DNA from: Octopus vulgaris
Taxonomy: Eukaryota
Assembly: GCA_951406725.2 (NCBI GenBank)
Contig: OX597816.1
Coordinates: forward strand, 33,728,001 to 33,792,000
Reading direction: 5' to 3'
DNA length: 64,000 bases
The notes under the pieces were generated by a model. It ran no database searches. It saw only the letters and a program-made list of their open reading frames with translations, and was not told the DNA's origin. The position numbers and the translations under genes were made by a program. Positions 41,653-53,512 of the stretch are shown here, piece after piece; within the stretch, counting starts at the first letter, position 1; each line of letters begins with the position of its first letter.

Positions 41653-43968
41653 CTATGTTCTGAGATTTCTACTTTCTGGGATTGCAATCCCTCCGGGTCC
41701 AGTGTATTCATTGGGTATTGCATTCAGTTTTGCATACTGATAGTATAAAGCTTGAAACTTTCCAGCATTGAACTGCATGCTATTCTTTTCAGCCCACTTG
41801 TATATTTCGTCCAGCTCACATTGCAGGTGTTTAGTGTCCTCAGGGTTCTGTATTGCCTGTGAAACTTTTGTATCATCTGCATAACTTGTGATCGTGGCTC
41901 TCTGCGTGGCTGAGGGCATGTCTGAGAGGGCCATTATGAACAGTAGTGGTCCCAGAACAGTGCCCTGCGGAACACCGCTCACTATTTGTGTGTTAATGGA
42001 GGTGGCCCCATTGGCTACTACCACCTGACTTCTATCCTTCAGAAAGTCATGAAGCCATTCTCCCAGTTTTCCAACTATGTTGAGATCACGCAGTTTGTGA
42101 CATATCATTCCATGATCGACTTTATCAAAGGCCTTTGCAAAGTCGAGATATATCACTTCCACATTTGAGTGGTTGAGCAGCCGTTTCAGCACCCAGTCAT
42201 AGTGTTGTAGGAGCTGAGTTAAACAGCTTCTCCCTGGTCGGAAACCATGTTGGGTGTCGGGCAGCAAGTCATTCTCTTCAAGGAAGGTGATCAGCTTCCT
42301 TCTGACTATTCGTTCCATGACCTTGCTGATGTGTGAGGTCAGAGAGATAGGTCTATAGTTCTTGGCTTCCGCTCTGCTACCTCCTTTATGAATGGGGCAT
42401 ATTTTACCTTCCTTCAGTTTTCCTGGAAGTTTGCCAGCTGCAAGGAAGCTCTGAAAGAGGAACTGCAGTGGTCTTGCTAGGACTCTCTTACATGCTTTTA
42501 GGAGGATTGCCGGGAATCCATCGAGGCCAGTAGCTGAGTCTGTTTTCATTTCATCTATAGCCTTGGTTACATCGTCTTCCTTTATATCGATGTAATCTAT
42601 CGTCGCCGCCTCTGATTTTATATCTGCAGTGGTAAAAAAGTCAGTTGGATTGGTGATTTGGAGATGCCCAAGGGGTGGAGTGAAAACACTCTTGAATTGC
42701 TCTTTCAGTATTTCACTTACCCTCATTGGTTTTCCTGTAAGTGTGCCATCCTTTTCGAGGAGTGGCCCTATTCTACAGTGCACTGTAGCTGTTTCTTTGG
42801 CATACCTGTAGAAAGCTCTGGGGTTAGATTTTATGTTTTCTATAGCCCAGGCTTCTTTGTCTGCTCTTTCTTTTTCATGGGAGAGTTGCAGACATTTTTC
42901 GATTTCCAACAGTTTTATTTTCAGGCGGGACTTTTCACTGCTTTCAATCTGTTTGTTTAGGCGATTTGAAAATTTCGTACGCCGTCTCATTAAGATTTTC
43001 CTCTCTCTGGGGATTTTGTTCTTGTGTACAGTGGCCTTTCTCTCTGGGACACATTTGTAGCATATGGCTTGCATTACAGACATGAATTGTTGAAGTTTCA
43101 CGTCGATGTCTGGCGAGGAGAGACATTTAGGCCAGTTTTGTTTGAGGATCTCTTTCTCAATTTGTTTCCAGTTTGCCTTATGGTAGTTCAAGCTGGAAAG
43201 ATTTTGAGGGTTTCTTGTAGGCTGCATGTCCGTGCTCTCTTTTGGCCCGTACATGGTCAGATCTATCATGTTGTGATCCGAGAGTAGTGTCGGTGTCACT
43301 TTCACATTATGGATGAGATCCATGTCATTTGTGAAGCAGAGATCCAGTGTGTTACCTGCCCTGGTTGGTTGGAGTATTACCTGCTCCATGTACAGGGTGT
43401 TGATGAGGTTCAGGAGGGACCTCGCCTGTCCTCGTTCACATCTTGTCATTCCTGGGAGAGAAAGGCCCTCGGGCCATCTGACATTGGGCAGATTGAAGTC
43501 TCCCATAAGAAGCACACCTATGTGTTGTTCTAATGTGGTTAGAATTTCTTCTATTTTTATAAGGCAATCTTCAAACTTGCCCACATGGCTTGGGGCATCT
43601 GGAGGGCGATATGTAGCACACACAACTACATCAAGTTGCCTAATATGTACAATTAGTGTGTCACACACCGAGTTTGAGTATGACAAGAGGACCTGGGGTG
43701 TGAGGTCCTCACGGATGTACATAGCAACACCTCCATGACTCCTTTCTTTCCTGTCGGTCCGTAGTACAGCATACTGTGGTATGTGTAACTCCGCATCTGC
43801 TATGTCCGGTTTCAGGTGCGTTTCTGTAAGTGCTATGCATAAGGCTTGATTGCATGCAACAAAGTCTCTCAGGAACGGGATCTTTGTCCTGTTACTGAGT
43901 GTTTGCAGTCCTCTGATGTTCAGTAGGAGTATCGAGGTGAGGTGTACGTTGTTGCCGGCGGTGTCCAT
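41653..43968 (-). CDS. LINE ORF2: APE endonuclease + reverse transcriptase (CR1-like), C-terminally truncated; the frame is open to 44280, likely start MDTAG at 43968
   Basis: APE motifs LLNIRGL, ALTETHL, HGGVAMY, YRPP, GDFNLP, LDLCFTN, SDH. RT motifs NYRPISLT, QHGFRPGRSCLTQLL, YLDFAKAFDKVDH, SGVPQGTVLGPLLF, YADDT. Confidence 0.92.
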   Translation of the reverse strand: MDTAGNNVHLTSILLLNIRGLQTLSNRTKIPFLRDFVACNQALCIALTETHLKPDIADAELHIPQYAVLRTDRKERSHGGVAMYIREDLTPQVLLSYSNSVCDTLIVHIRQLDVVVCATYRPPDAPSHVGKFEDCLIKIEEILTTLEQHIGVLLMGDFNLPNVRWPEGLSLPGMTRCERGQARSLLNLINTLYMEQVILQPTRAGNTLDLCFTNDMDLIHNVKVTPTLLSDHNMIDLTMYGPKESTDMQPTRNPQNLSSLNYHKANWKQIEKEILKQNWPKCLSSPDIDVKLQQFMSVMQAICYKCVPERKATVHKNKIPRERKILMRRRTKFSNRLNKQIESSEKSRLKIKLLEIEKCLQLSHEKERADKEAWAIENIKSNPRAFYRYAKETATVHCRIGPLLEKDGTLTGKPMRVSEILKEQFKSVFTPPLGHLQITNPTDFFTTADIKSEAATIDYIDIKEDDVTKAIDEMKTDSATGLDGFPAILLKACKRVLARPLQFLFQSFLAAGKLPGKLKEGKICPIHKGGSRAEAKNYRPISLTSHISKVMERIVRRKLITFLEENDLLPDTQHGFRPGRSCLTQLLQHYDWVLKRLLNHSNVEVIYLDFAKAFDKVDHGMICHKLRDLNIVGKLGEWLHDFLKDRSQVVVANGATSINTQIVSGVPQGTVLGPLLFIMALSDMPSATQRATITSYADDTKVSQAIQNPEDTKHLQCELDEIYKWAEKNSMQFNAGKFQALYYQYAKLNAIPNEYTGPGGIAIPESRNLRT

Positions 43969-44062
43969 CCTGTGTCTGTTTGCTGTGGTGGTCTGGTATA
44001 TAGTGGGTAGTCCCACCTGCGGTCTTGGGTTTGATGAAGCCAGGTCAGCTGCTGTACAATCT

Positions 44063-44830
44063 TTAGTGCCATGCACAAAAAGATTGTTGCTCAGCAGCTG
44101 CTCTTTCGACAACATCATGTTGGCTGTTTGTGGCGCGCACAACATCTGCGTACCTCCGCTTTGGGGCAGGTGGTGCGTGGTCCATCCCTTTTCTTTGTGT
44201 TGATGGTTTGTCCATCTGTCTCGTGTCTCTGTGGCAGGGTCCCCGATGTGCAAAGCGGCAGCCTGCACCTTCCTTTCCATGCCAGCAGGAACCTCTCAGG
44301 TAGAACATACACACCCGTGTGCGCTGTTTGGTTCCATCCTTTGCGGTTCCACTTCTATTCCTGGTTGTTTCACTCTTTGGTCCTGCTTGAGCTTTTTCTT
44401 TTCCTTTAGCTCTTCCAGTCCTTCTTTTAGTTCTTCTTCCTCCCTCTACCTCTTCACCGGGTTCTCCGTCTCCATGGCCCTTGCTGCCGGTTGGAGAACT
44501 TGCACCTGGGTTCACTTCCCGGGCAGGTTTCTCATTCAAAACCTCCTCCCGGGCGTCCACCAGGTGGGGGTGACTTCTTTCATCGTCTCCATTCTTGCCA
44601 TCTTTGCCCCGCTCGTTCTCAAAGATGGCATCAAGTGCGCCAATGTGCGACCGTACAAGCGCATATGAGCGCACGAATTCCTGTCTCTTTCGCTCCATCT
44701 GAGCCGCTGTCCTCTTGTAGCCTCTGCTCTTCAGCGCAGCCGCAATCACCTCGCTAGGGCTATCTCCGTCGGCGCACTCCCATGCTCGTACGAATAAATC
44801 CAGCTCGTCACGTCTCCATGCTCTGGACAT
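44063..44830 (-). CDS. LINE ORF1 (255 aa from MSRAW) with N-terminal Myb/SANT-like (trihelix) domain, basic region and CCCH zinc finger
   Basis: W(RRDE)LDLFVRAW...IAAALKSRGYKRTAAQMERKRQEF..SY fits the trihelix pattern W...E...L..........IA..L...GY.RT..QC..K...L..Y. CMFYLRGSCWHGKEGAGCRFAH is C-x7-C-x8-C-x3-H. Confidence 0.75.
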   Translation of the reverse strand: MSRAWRRDELDLFVRAWECADGDSPSEVIAAALKSRGYKRTAAQMERKRQEFVRSYALVRSHIGALDAIFENERGKDGKNGDDERSHPHLVDAREEVLNEKPAREVNPGASSPTGSKGHGDGEPGEEVEGGRRTKRRTGRAKGKEKAQAGPKSETTRNRSGTAKDGTKQRTRVCMFYLRGSCWHGKEGAGCRFAHRGPCHRDTRQMDKPSTQRKGMDHAPPAPKRRYADVVRATNSQHDVVERAAAEQQSFCAWH

Positions 44831-44857
44831 GCTGGATAATCCGTCTATCCGTTTATC

Positions 44858-44933
<76 letters not shown>

Positions 44934-44944
44934 CATATATATAT
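44858..44944. repeat. (TA)n microsatellite
   Basis: Directly visible. Confidence 0.95.
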
Positions 44945-45205
44945 GATTGATTGATTGATTGATTCTAGTTTCAGCTTATGAGCTGTGGCCATGCTGGGGC
45001 ACCGCCATTTGGTGTTGCTACTTGGTTTCACTTCATGGAGGCTTTCTAGCAACTGCTATTTGGTGCATGAGAGAGTTCGATGCAGCTGCCCTCATCTGCC
45101 CCTCCTGCCGTGAAGTTGGTTCATCTGGGACACCTGACAGGAAGAGATCCAGCTTCATTTTAAAGACATCTGTATCCACCCCATGCAGGTCTCTCAGGTT
45201 CTCTC

Positions 45206-45207
<2 letters not shown>
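44945..45207 (-). mobile_element. 5'-truncated CR1-like LINE 3' end (ORF2 C-terminus, short 3' UTR, (AATC)n tail)
   Basis: Minus translation [56 protein letters not shown] (FK..LD.FL..VPD.P...SNSL terminus), then the GGCGGTGCCCCAGCATGGCC stem-loop tail. Confidence 0.85.
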
Positions 45208-46432
<1,225 letters not shown>

Positions 46433-46461
46433 TCTGATATATGATTTGATTTTGATTGTTC

Positions 46462-48687
46462 TCACTGGTCTTGCCGGGTCTTCTCACGCACAGCATACTT
46501 CCATAGGTCTCGGTCTCTGGTCATTTCCTTGGTGAGACCTAGAGTTCGAAAGTCGTGCTTCACCACCTCGACCCAGGTTTTCCTGGGTCTACCTCTTCCA
46601 CAGGTCCCCTCAACTGCCAGGGTGTGGCACTTTTTCACACACCTATCTTCATCCATTCTCACCACATGACCATACCAGCGCAATCGTCTCTCTTGCACAC
46701 AACATCTGATTCCTCTTAGGTCCAACTTTTCTCTCAAGGTACTTACACTCTGTCGACTATGAACACTGACATTACACATCCAACGGAGCATACTAGCTTC
46801 ATTTCTCGCGAGCTTACGCATGTCCTCAGCAGTCACGGCCCATGTTTCACTGCCATGTAGCATGGCTGTTCGTACACATGCATCATACAGTCTGCCTTTT
46901 ACTCTGAGCGAGAGGCCTTTAGTCACCAACAGAGGTAAGAGCTCCCTAAACTTTGCCCAGGCTATTCTTACTCTAGCCGTTACACTTTCAGCACACCCAC
47001 CCCCACTACTGACTTGGTCACCAAGATAACGGAAGCTATCAACTACTTCTAGTTTTTCCCCCTGGAAAGTGACGGAAGTTGTTTTCTGCAGATTTTCAGA
47101 GGTTAATGCTCCCGAGCATCTGCCACATACAAAAACCATCTTCCAAGTTAGCCTTCCTATGACATTGCTGCACCTCTTATGTGTCCATAGCTTACACTTG
47201 GTGCATCTTATAGAGTTTCTACCTACACCTTTTCTACAGATCGAGCAGGGCCATCTACCTGAAGGCGTTTGTGATTTGTCTACCTTCCTACTTATTAGGA
47301 CTTTGGTTTTAGCTAGGTTGACTCTAAGGCCCTTCGATTCTAAACCATGCTTCCACACCTGAAACTTCTTCTCCAGTTCTGATAATGACTCAGCAATTAG
47401 AGCAAGGTCATCAGCATAGAGGAGCTCCCAGGGGAATCCTGTCTTGAATTCCTCCGTTATTGCCTGGAGGACTATGATAAATAGGAGGGGGCTGAGGACT
47501 GAGCCTTGGTGGACCCCTACCTCTACCCGGAATTCTTCACTGTACTCATTTCCAACCCTCACCTTACTAGCAGCGTCCCTGTACATGGCTTGCACAGCTC
47601 TCACTAACCATTCTTCTATTCCTAGTTTCCTCATTGACCACCATATGAGGGATCGGGGGACCCTGTCGAAGGCTTTCTCCATGTCAACAAAAGCCAGGTA
47701 CAGGGCCTTATCTTTGGCTAGGTATTTCTCCTGTAGCTGCCTTACCAGGAATATAGCATCAGTGGTACTTTTCCCTGGCACGAAACCAAACTGCATCTCA
47801 TCTAAACTAACTCTCTCTCTAATTAGTTGGCTTATGACCCTCTCTGTAACCTTCATCACCTGATCCAACAGCTTGATACCTCTGTAATTATTTGTATCTA
47901 GGGCATCACCTTTACCTTTGTAGCAGTTGACTATTATGCTGCTACACCAGTCATTGGGTATGACTCCTTCATGTATCACCTGATTAACTATACAGGTGAC
48001 TAGGCTATAGCCGACACTACCAGATATTTTGAGCATCTCTGCAGTGATACCTGATGGGCCTGGGGCTTTCCCTGTCTTCATGCTTCTAATTGCCTTAGCT
48101 ACTAAGGAACTAACAACCCTGATAGCTGGTCCCTCTGTTGGGTCAATGTTCGGCAGACTCTCTTTATCCCATTCATTTTCTTTATTCAGCAACCTTTCAT
48201 AGTGGCGTCTCCAAGCCTCTCTCTTTGCATCCTCGTTTAGCGCAAGTGAACCATCTTCCATGCGAACACACTTCTCTCCCACCACATCACAATTCTCTCT
48301 CACACACTGTCTTGCAACGCGAAACACCTCCAGTCTTTGGTCCTCACGGCGCAGAACATTGGCAAATTTTTTCTTATCTGCTTCCCCTCTGGCTAGATAG
48401 ACCTGTCTCCTAGCTTCCCTTTTAGCAGTCTGATACAATTCCCTGCTACCACCATTCTTCCAGTGCTTCCAAGTCTGTCTCTTTTCTCTAATAGCCCTGT
48501 CTACGACACTGTTCCACCACCACGTTACCTTGGGACGAGAGGGGACTTTGCACCAGCCACAGATCTGGTCAGTGGCTCTCAGCAGGTTGTCCCTTAGAAA
48601 CGTCCAGTTGTCCTCTACCCCATGTGATACACTATCCCCTTCTACTTCGTCAAAGGCTTCAAGTAACATGTCTCTAAATCTGTCCAT
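46462..48687 (-). CDS. RTE LINE reverse transcriptase portion (741 aa) with internal PHD finger
   Basis: NYRGIKLL, QFGFVPGKSTTDAIF, FVDMEKAFDRV, GVHQGSVLSPLLF, LLYADDL, FRYLG, LHGSETW, RRLRWYGHV, RGRPRKTW are RTE-type motifs. Confidence 0.93.
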   Translation of the reverse strand: MDRFRDMLLEAFDEVEGDSVSHGVEDNWTFLRDNLLRATDQICGWCKVPSRPKVTWWWNSVVDRAIREKRQTWKHWKNGGSRELYQTAKREARRQVYLARGEADKKKFANVLRREDQRLEVFRVARQCVRENCDVVGEKCVRMEDGSLALNEDAKREAWRRHYERLLNKENEWDKESLPNIDPTEGPAIRVVSSLVAKAIRSMKTGKAPGPSGITAEMLKISGSVGYSLVTCIVNQVIHEGVIPNDWCSSIIVNCYKGKGDALDTNNYRGIKLLDQVMKVTERVISQLIRERVSLDEMQFGFVPGKSTTDAIFLVRQLQEKYLAKDKALYLAFVDMEKAFDRVPRSLIWWSMRKLGIEEWLVRAVQAMYRDAASKVRVGNEYSEEFRVEVGVHQGSVLSPLLFIIVLQAITEEFKTGFPWELLYADDLALIAESLSELEKKFQVWKHGLESKGLRVNLAKTKVLISRKVDKSQTPSGRWPCSICRKGVGRNSIRCTKCKLWTHKRCSNVIGRLTWKMVFVCGRCSGALTSENLQKTTSVTFQGEKLEVVDSFRYLGDQVSSGGGCAESVTARVRIAWAKFRELLPLLVTKGLSLRVKGRLYDACVRTAMLHGSETWAVTAEDMRKLARNEASMLRWMCNVSVHSRQSVSTLREKLDLRGIRCCVQERRLRWYGHVVRMDEDRCVKKCHTLAVEGTCGRGRPRKTWVEVVKHDFRTLGLTKEMTRDRDLWKYAVREKTRQDQ

Positions 48688-49588
48688 TCACAGGATCCTT
48701 AAGCTTCCAGATCCTTCTTCTCCATGTTGGTCGTCTTCTGGTTGTCCTCCTACTCCTGATCCTAAAGTCACTAACTACCAGTCTATGTTGTGGGGTGCAT
48801 TCTTCGCCTGGGAAGGTTTTGGCATTTATAAGTAGCCATCTCTCCCTTTGCCTGGCAAGGATGTAGTCAATTTGGCTGGTATGTTGGCCCGATCGGTAGG
48901 TGACTAGGTGGCTGGTAGGTTTCCTGAAGTTAGTGTTGCAAATCATAAGATTATTTGCATCGCAGAACTCCAGCAGCCTGGTTCCCTCCTCGTTGCGGGA
49001 ACCAGAGCCATAGCCTCCATGTACGCCGTGGAAGCCCCCAGCATGTCGTCCAACGTGACCATTGAAGTCACCAGCCACAAAGAGAAGGTCTCTGTCGTTC
49101 GTCAACGAGGTAGTCTGCAGTAGAGTGTCATAGAATCGGTCTTTCTGTCCATCAGGTAGCCCCGACTGAGGAGCATAGGCTGATATAATGGTTGCTAAAC
49201 TATGATGAAGCGCTAATCTAATCTTAAGTATTCTGTCGCATACTCTGATTACCTCAATTACTTTATCTACCCATTTCTCAGCGATACGTATGCCCACGCC
49301 TCCAACCCCGTCAGTGTTCCCTGCCCAGAAAATCTTGTACCTGTGTTCCTTGCCTGTGAGGAACCTAGCAGAACCTCCTCTCCACCTTACTTCTTGCATA
49401 CAACATATATCCACACGTCTCCGTTCAAGCATCTCAACTATCTCGCCAGACCTACCTTTCAGTGTGCCAACGTTGAGGGTGCCAACCCTGAGGGTGTGGG
49501 AGGTATGGGCCCCAGAGACCCTGCGTCGGTGGACAGTAGCTTCATGTACCTGAAAAGAGAGCTCGCATTTGGCAGAATTCATGAGCAA
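48674..49588 (-). CDS. RTE LINE APE endonuclease portion (frameshifted from the RT portion)
   Basis: LRVGTLNVGTL, CMQEVRW, GVGGVG, SAYAPQ, GDFNGHVG, SQIDYIL, QHRLVV. Confidence 0.92.
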   Translation of the reverse strand: MLMNSAKCELSFQVHEATVHRRRVSGAHTSHTLRVGTLNVGTLKGRSGEIVEMLERRRVDICCMQEVRWRGGSARFLTGKEHRYKIFWAGNTDGVGGVGIRIAEKWVDKVIEVIRVCDRILKIRLALHHSLATIISAYAPQSGLPDGQKDRFYDTLLQTTSLTNDRDLLFVAGDFNGHVGRHAGGFHGVHGGYGSGSRNEEGTRLLEFCDANNLMICNTNFRKPTSHLVTYRSGQHTSQIDYILARQRERWLLINAKTFPGEECTPQHRLVVSDFRIRSRRTTRRRPTWRRRIWKLKDPVNGQI

Positions 49589-49902
49589 GTAATACAGTAG
49601 CCTTCAATTCAACCTGCATAACACTACCCATTCATATTTTGCACTATATGATCATTACCTTACCTAGGTCGAAACTAGGGGTAGGGAAGGTGAAAGAGCA
49701 TTTGCAGTATTCAAGGGAAGCAACCCAGGGATGAAAAGAATAGGAACTTCCGGCATATGTGGAGGGGGTGGGTGGGTCAACCCCAAACTAGCAAGAGGAT
49801 TCTGTTAATCGTGATAGCAAGAAAGTAGGTTTGAAAGTATCAGAGAAGTCAATTTTTAGGGGAGACGATGAGTGGCTATGAAACGGGAGCAAATAGGGAG
49901 AC

Positions 49903-50797
<895 letters not shown>

Positions 50798-51222
50798 TCT
50801 AAGTGAAAACCTTTGAAGATATTAAAACGTAGTTGCTGAATGTTAGACAGCTGTAATATACAGTCTATATACACCAGCTAAATGTGCATGTGTGTATATA
50901 CATCGAATAGCATATCTGTATTCGCTATAGTGTGCGCACGCTCACACACACATGCACACGTTTGTACATATATATATATATATACTAGGGGAGGTGTTGT
51001 ATATGTGTGTGTATACATACACATTCAAATAGCTGGAGTATCACAGACATATTCCTTTGCATAGTTCTGTATTAGAGATAACCAACATTTAAGGATGCGC
51101 TGCATTAATTGAAGCCTTAAAATGTATACTATAACTCAATATCCTTTTTTACTTCTTTTTAATGCTAGAAATTCATTTCCGTTTCTATCAGTCTGTCTGT
51201 TTCTCTCTTAGACTCTCTCTTA

Positions 51223-51263
<41 letters not shown>

Positions 51264-51702
51264 GCACTGTTTAGCTCCAATTTCTCATTCCCAATATCTC
51301 CCTGTAATATCATCCTTATATCTAACATTCTCGTCTCACATTTCAATATCTTTATCAAGCCTCATATTCTTTCCGTCTCCCCTCCAGTTGTGTTTTATCT
51401 GTACTTACGCACATACATGCGTATATAAACTGTCTCTCTCTCTCACACACACACACATACACGCACATCACCGTCTCCCTTACTGCTCTCGCACCATTCT
51501 GTGTAACCTTTAATCATGTTGCTCTTCAGCCACACATACACCCCATATGCATTACTAGGTAATGTTATTTGTAAACCAATCTGTTAATCATTTACTTTGG
51601 TATTTTCCAAGGTAAGGCAGAGCATGCTGAATGATTTTCATGTACAGTTAATTAGTGAGAATGTTTAAATGAATATTTCTGTTCCCACACACATGCAAAA
51701 AC

Positions 51703-51867
51703 ATCTATCTATCTATCTAGCTAGCTAGCTATCTGTTTATCTGTCACTCTCTCTCTCTATCTCTCTCTATCAATCAATATATCTGTCTATTTACCTCTCT
51801 TTATCTATAAAGCTTCTCTCTCTCTCTCTTTATCTATTTATGGGTCTACCTGTCTATCTATCTTCTT

Positions 51868-51900
<33 letters not shown>

Positions 51901-52280
51901 GTGTGTGTCTCACTCTATCTGTCTACCTGTCTATTCATCTATCTGTGTGTGTGTGTGTATCTTTCTCTCTATCTATCTCTGTCTGTCTGTCTGTCTCTCT
52001 CTCTCTATCTATCTATATATCTATCTATGTATGTATCTATCTGACTATCTGCTTATCCACCTACTTATCTATCTAACTATATTTGTCCATCTATCTATAT
52101 CTGCCATTCTATCTACCTATCTAACTGTCTACCTATATGTCTGCCTGTTTCTCTATATGTTTGCCTATATTAGTCTTTCTATCAGTCTGTCTATCAATCA
52201 GTCTATCTATCAGTCTATCTATCAATCTGTCAATCAATATGTCTATTTATCAGTCTGTCTATTAGTCTATCAGTCTGTCT
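51703..52280. repeat. Degenerate (TCTA/TCTG)n tract
   Basis: Directly visible. Confidence 0.9.
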
Positions 52281-53062
52281 AAACATGCATGAATGTAACT
52301 CATGTTTGAGACAGCAGCAACTCTAACCACACACAGCCTCATTAATTACACCAATTTGCAACAAGTTATATTTAGCCGGAGAATGTGTGATTCAACCTCC
52401 AAAACCCCAGTTTTCTAAGTTGTGATGTAACACTGAATAGATAGCGTTATTGTATATGAGGTTCTGTACGAATTACACACGTATACACACAAGAAAAGAT
52501 AAAGTATTTATGTACATATCTATGTAGTTAGATAGGGAGTTGGGTTATGCTAGTAGATAGACAGGGAGTTAGGTATATAAGTAGGCAGGAGTGACAGCTG
52601 TGAAGAGCGTTACGGAGAAAGAGGAAATACTGAAGTGTGGTATCAAGGATAAGCGTAAGAACCAGAAGTATTTTCAGTGATTAGAATGTAAGTTTAAGGA
52701 AAGTCCAAGAAACCTTAGAGCACTTCTTAAGTTTAATAACCGCTCCCCACGTGAATGCTTAATTGTCGATAGAATTACAATGTGTATGAATGAAATTATC
52801 TTGAATAAATAAATAAGGAATGAAAATGTAAATTACGGATGTGGAAATGTTTAAGATATAAACTAGACAGAAGTTATTATATTACTAAGGCGTGTAGAAA
52901 ACGAGAATGAATGGTTTTCTGACGTGAGAAAAAAAGGAGCAGTGTTTAACTAACAGATGAATCATGGTTCACCTCCCCCCAAGAAATAATTTTTTCTAAT
53001 TACCAAATAAAGAATACTAGATCATTCACACAAACACAAACACACAGACACACACACGCACG

Positions 53063-53110
<48 letters not shown>

Positions 53111-53149
53111 CACGCACACACGCACACACACACACATACACAACTTTTA

Positions 53150-53512
53150 TCTTGTCGTTTTCTTCTTGCAGTTGCTTAGACCGTGACCGTGCTGATGTGA
53201 AGATTTGAATACCCCAGTATTTATTTTTAAACTTGGTACATTATATCAGTTTTTGTTGCCGAATCGATAATATTACTGGGACGTAAACAAAATAACAGCG
53301 GTTATCGAGCTCTGTCGGACATAAGCACAAGGACACACCCACACAGACTTAGGTATATACATATATATTCATCGGCGTTTTCCCGGTTCCGTCCTGCAAA
53401 TTCCACGTACAAGTTTCTGTGTCGGCCCGAGGCTATAGTAGAACACATTTAGGCAAGGTACTGTGCAATGTGAAGAATCAACTGAAGACCAGATGGTTGT
53501 GAAGCGAACTTG
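53150..53512 (-). mobile_element. Old degenerate SINE family B copy
   Basis: GTTGCCGAATCG...GGGACGTAAACAAA...GTCGGCCCGAGGCTATAGTAGAACAC...ATGGTTGTGAAGCGAACTT aligns to the family B reverse complement. Confidence 0.7.

Larger units (their letters stand above)
41653..44857 (-). mobile_element. CR1-like non-LTR retrotransposon, apparently 5'-intact and 3'-truncated
   Basis: ORF1 plus ORF2 (APE and RT). Begins directly after (TA)n, and ORF2 runs into unrelated AT-rich DNA just after the RT core. Confidence 0.9.
46437..49900 (-). mobile_element. Near full-length RTE-clade LINE
   Basis: A single APE-RT reading frame broken once, ~300 bp 5' UTR, very short 3' UTR with an (AAATC)-like tail; 5' end abuts (TA)n. 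Confidence 0.92.

Noticed and set aside
44831-45052. N-terminal extension of the 329-aa ORF
   Set aside because: Runs through an upstream LINE tail and a (TA)n tract; ORF1 most plausibly starts at ATG 44830.
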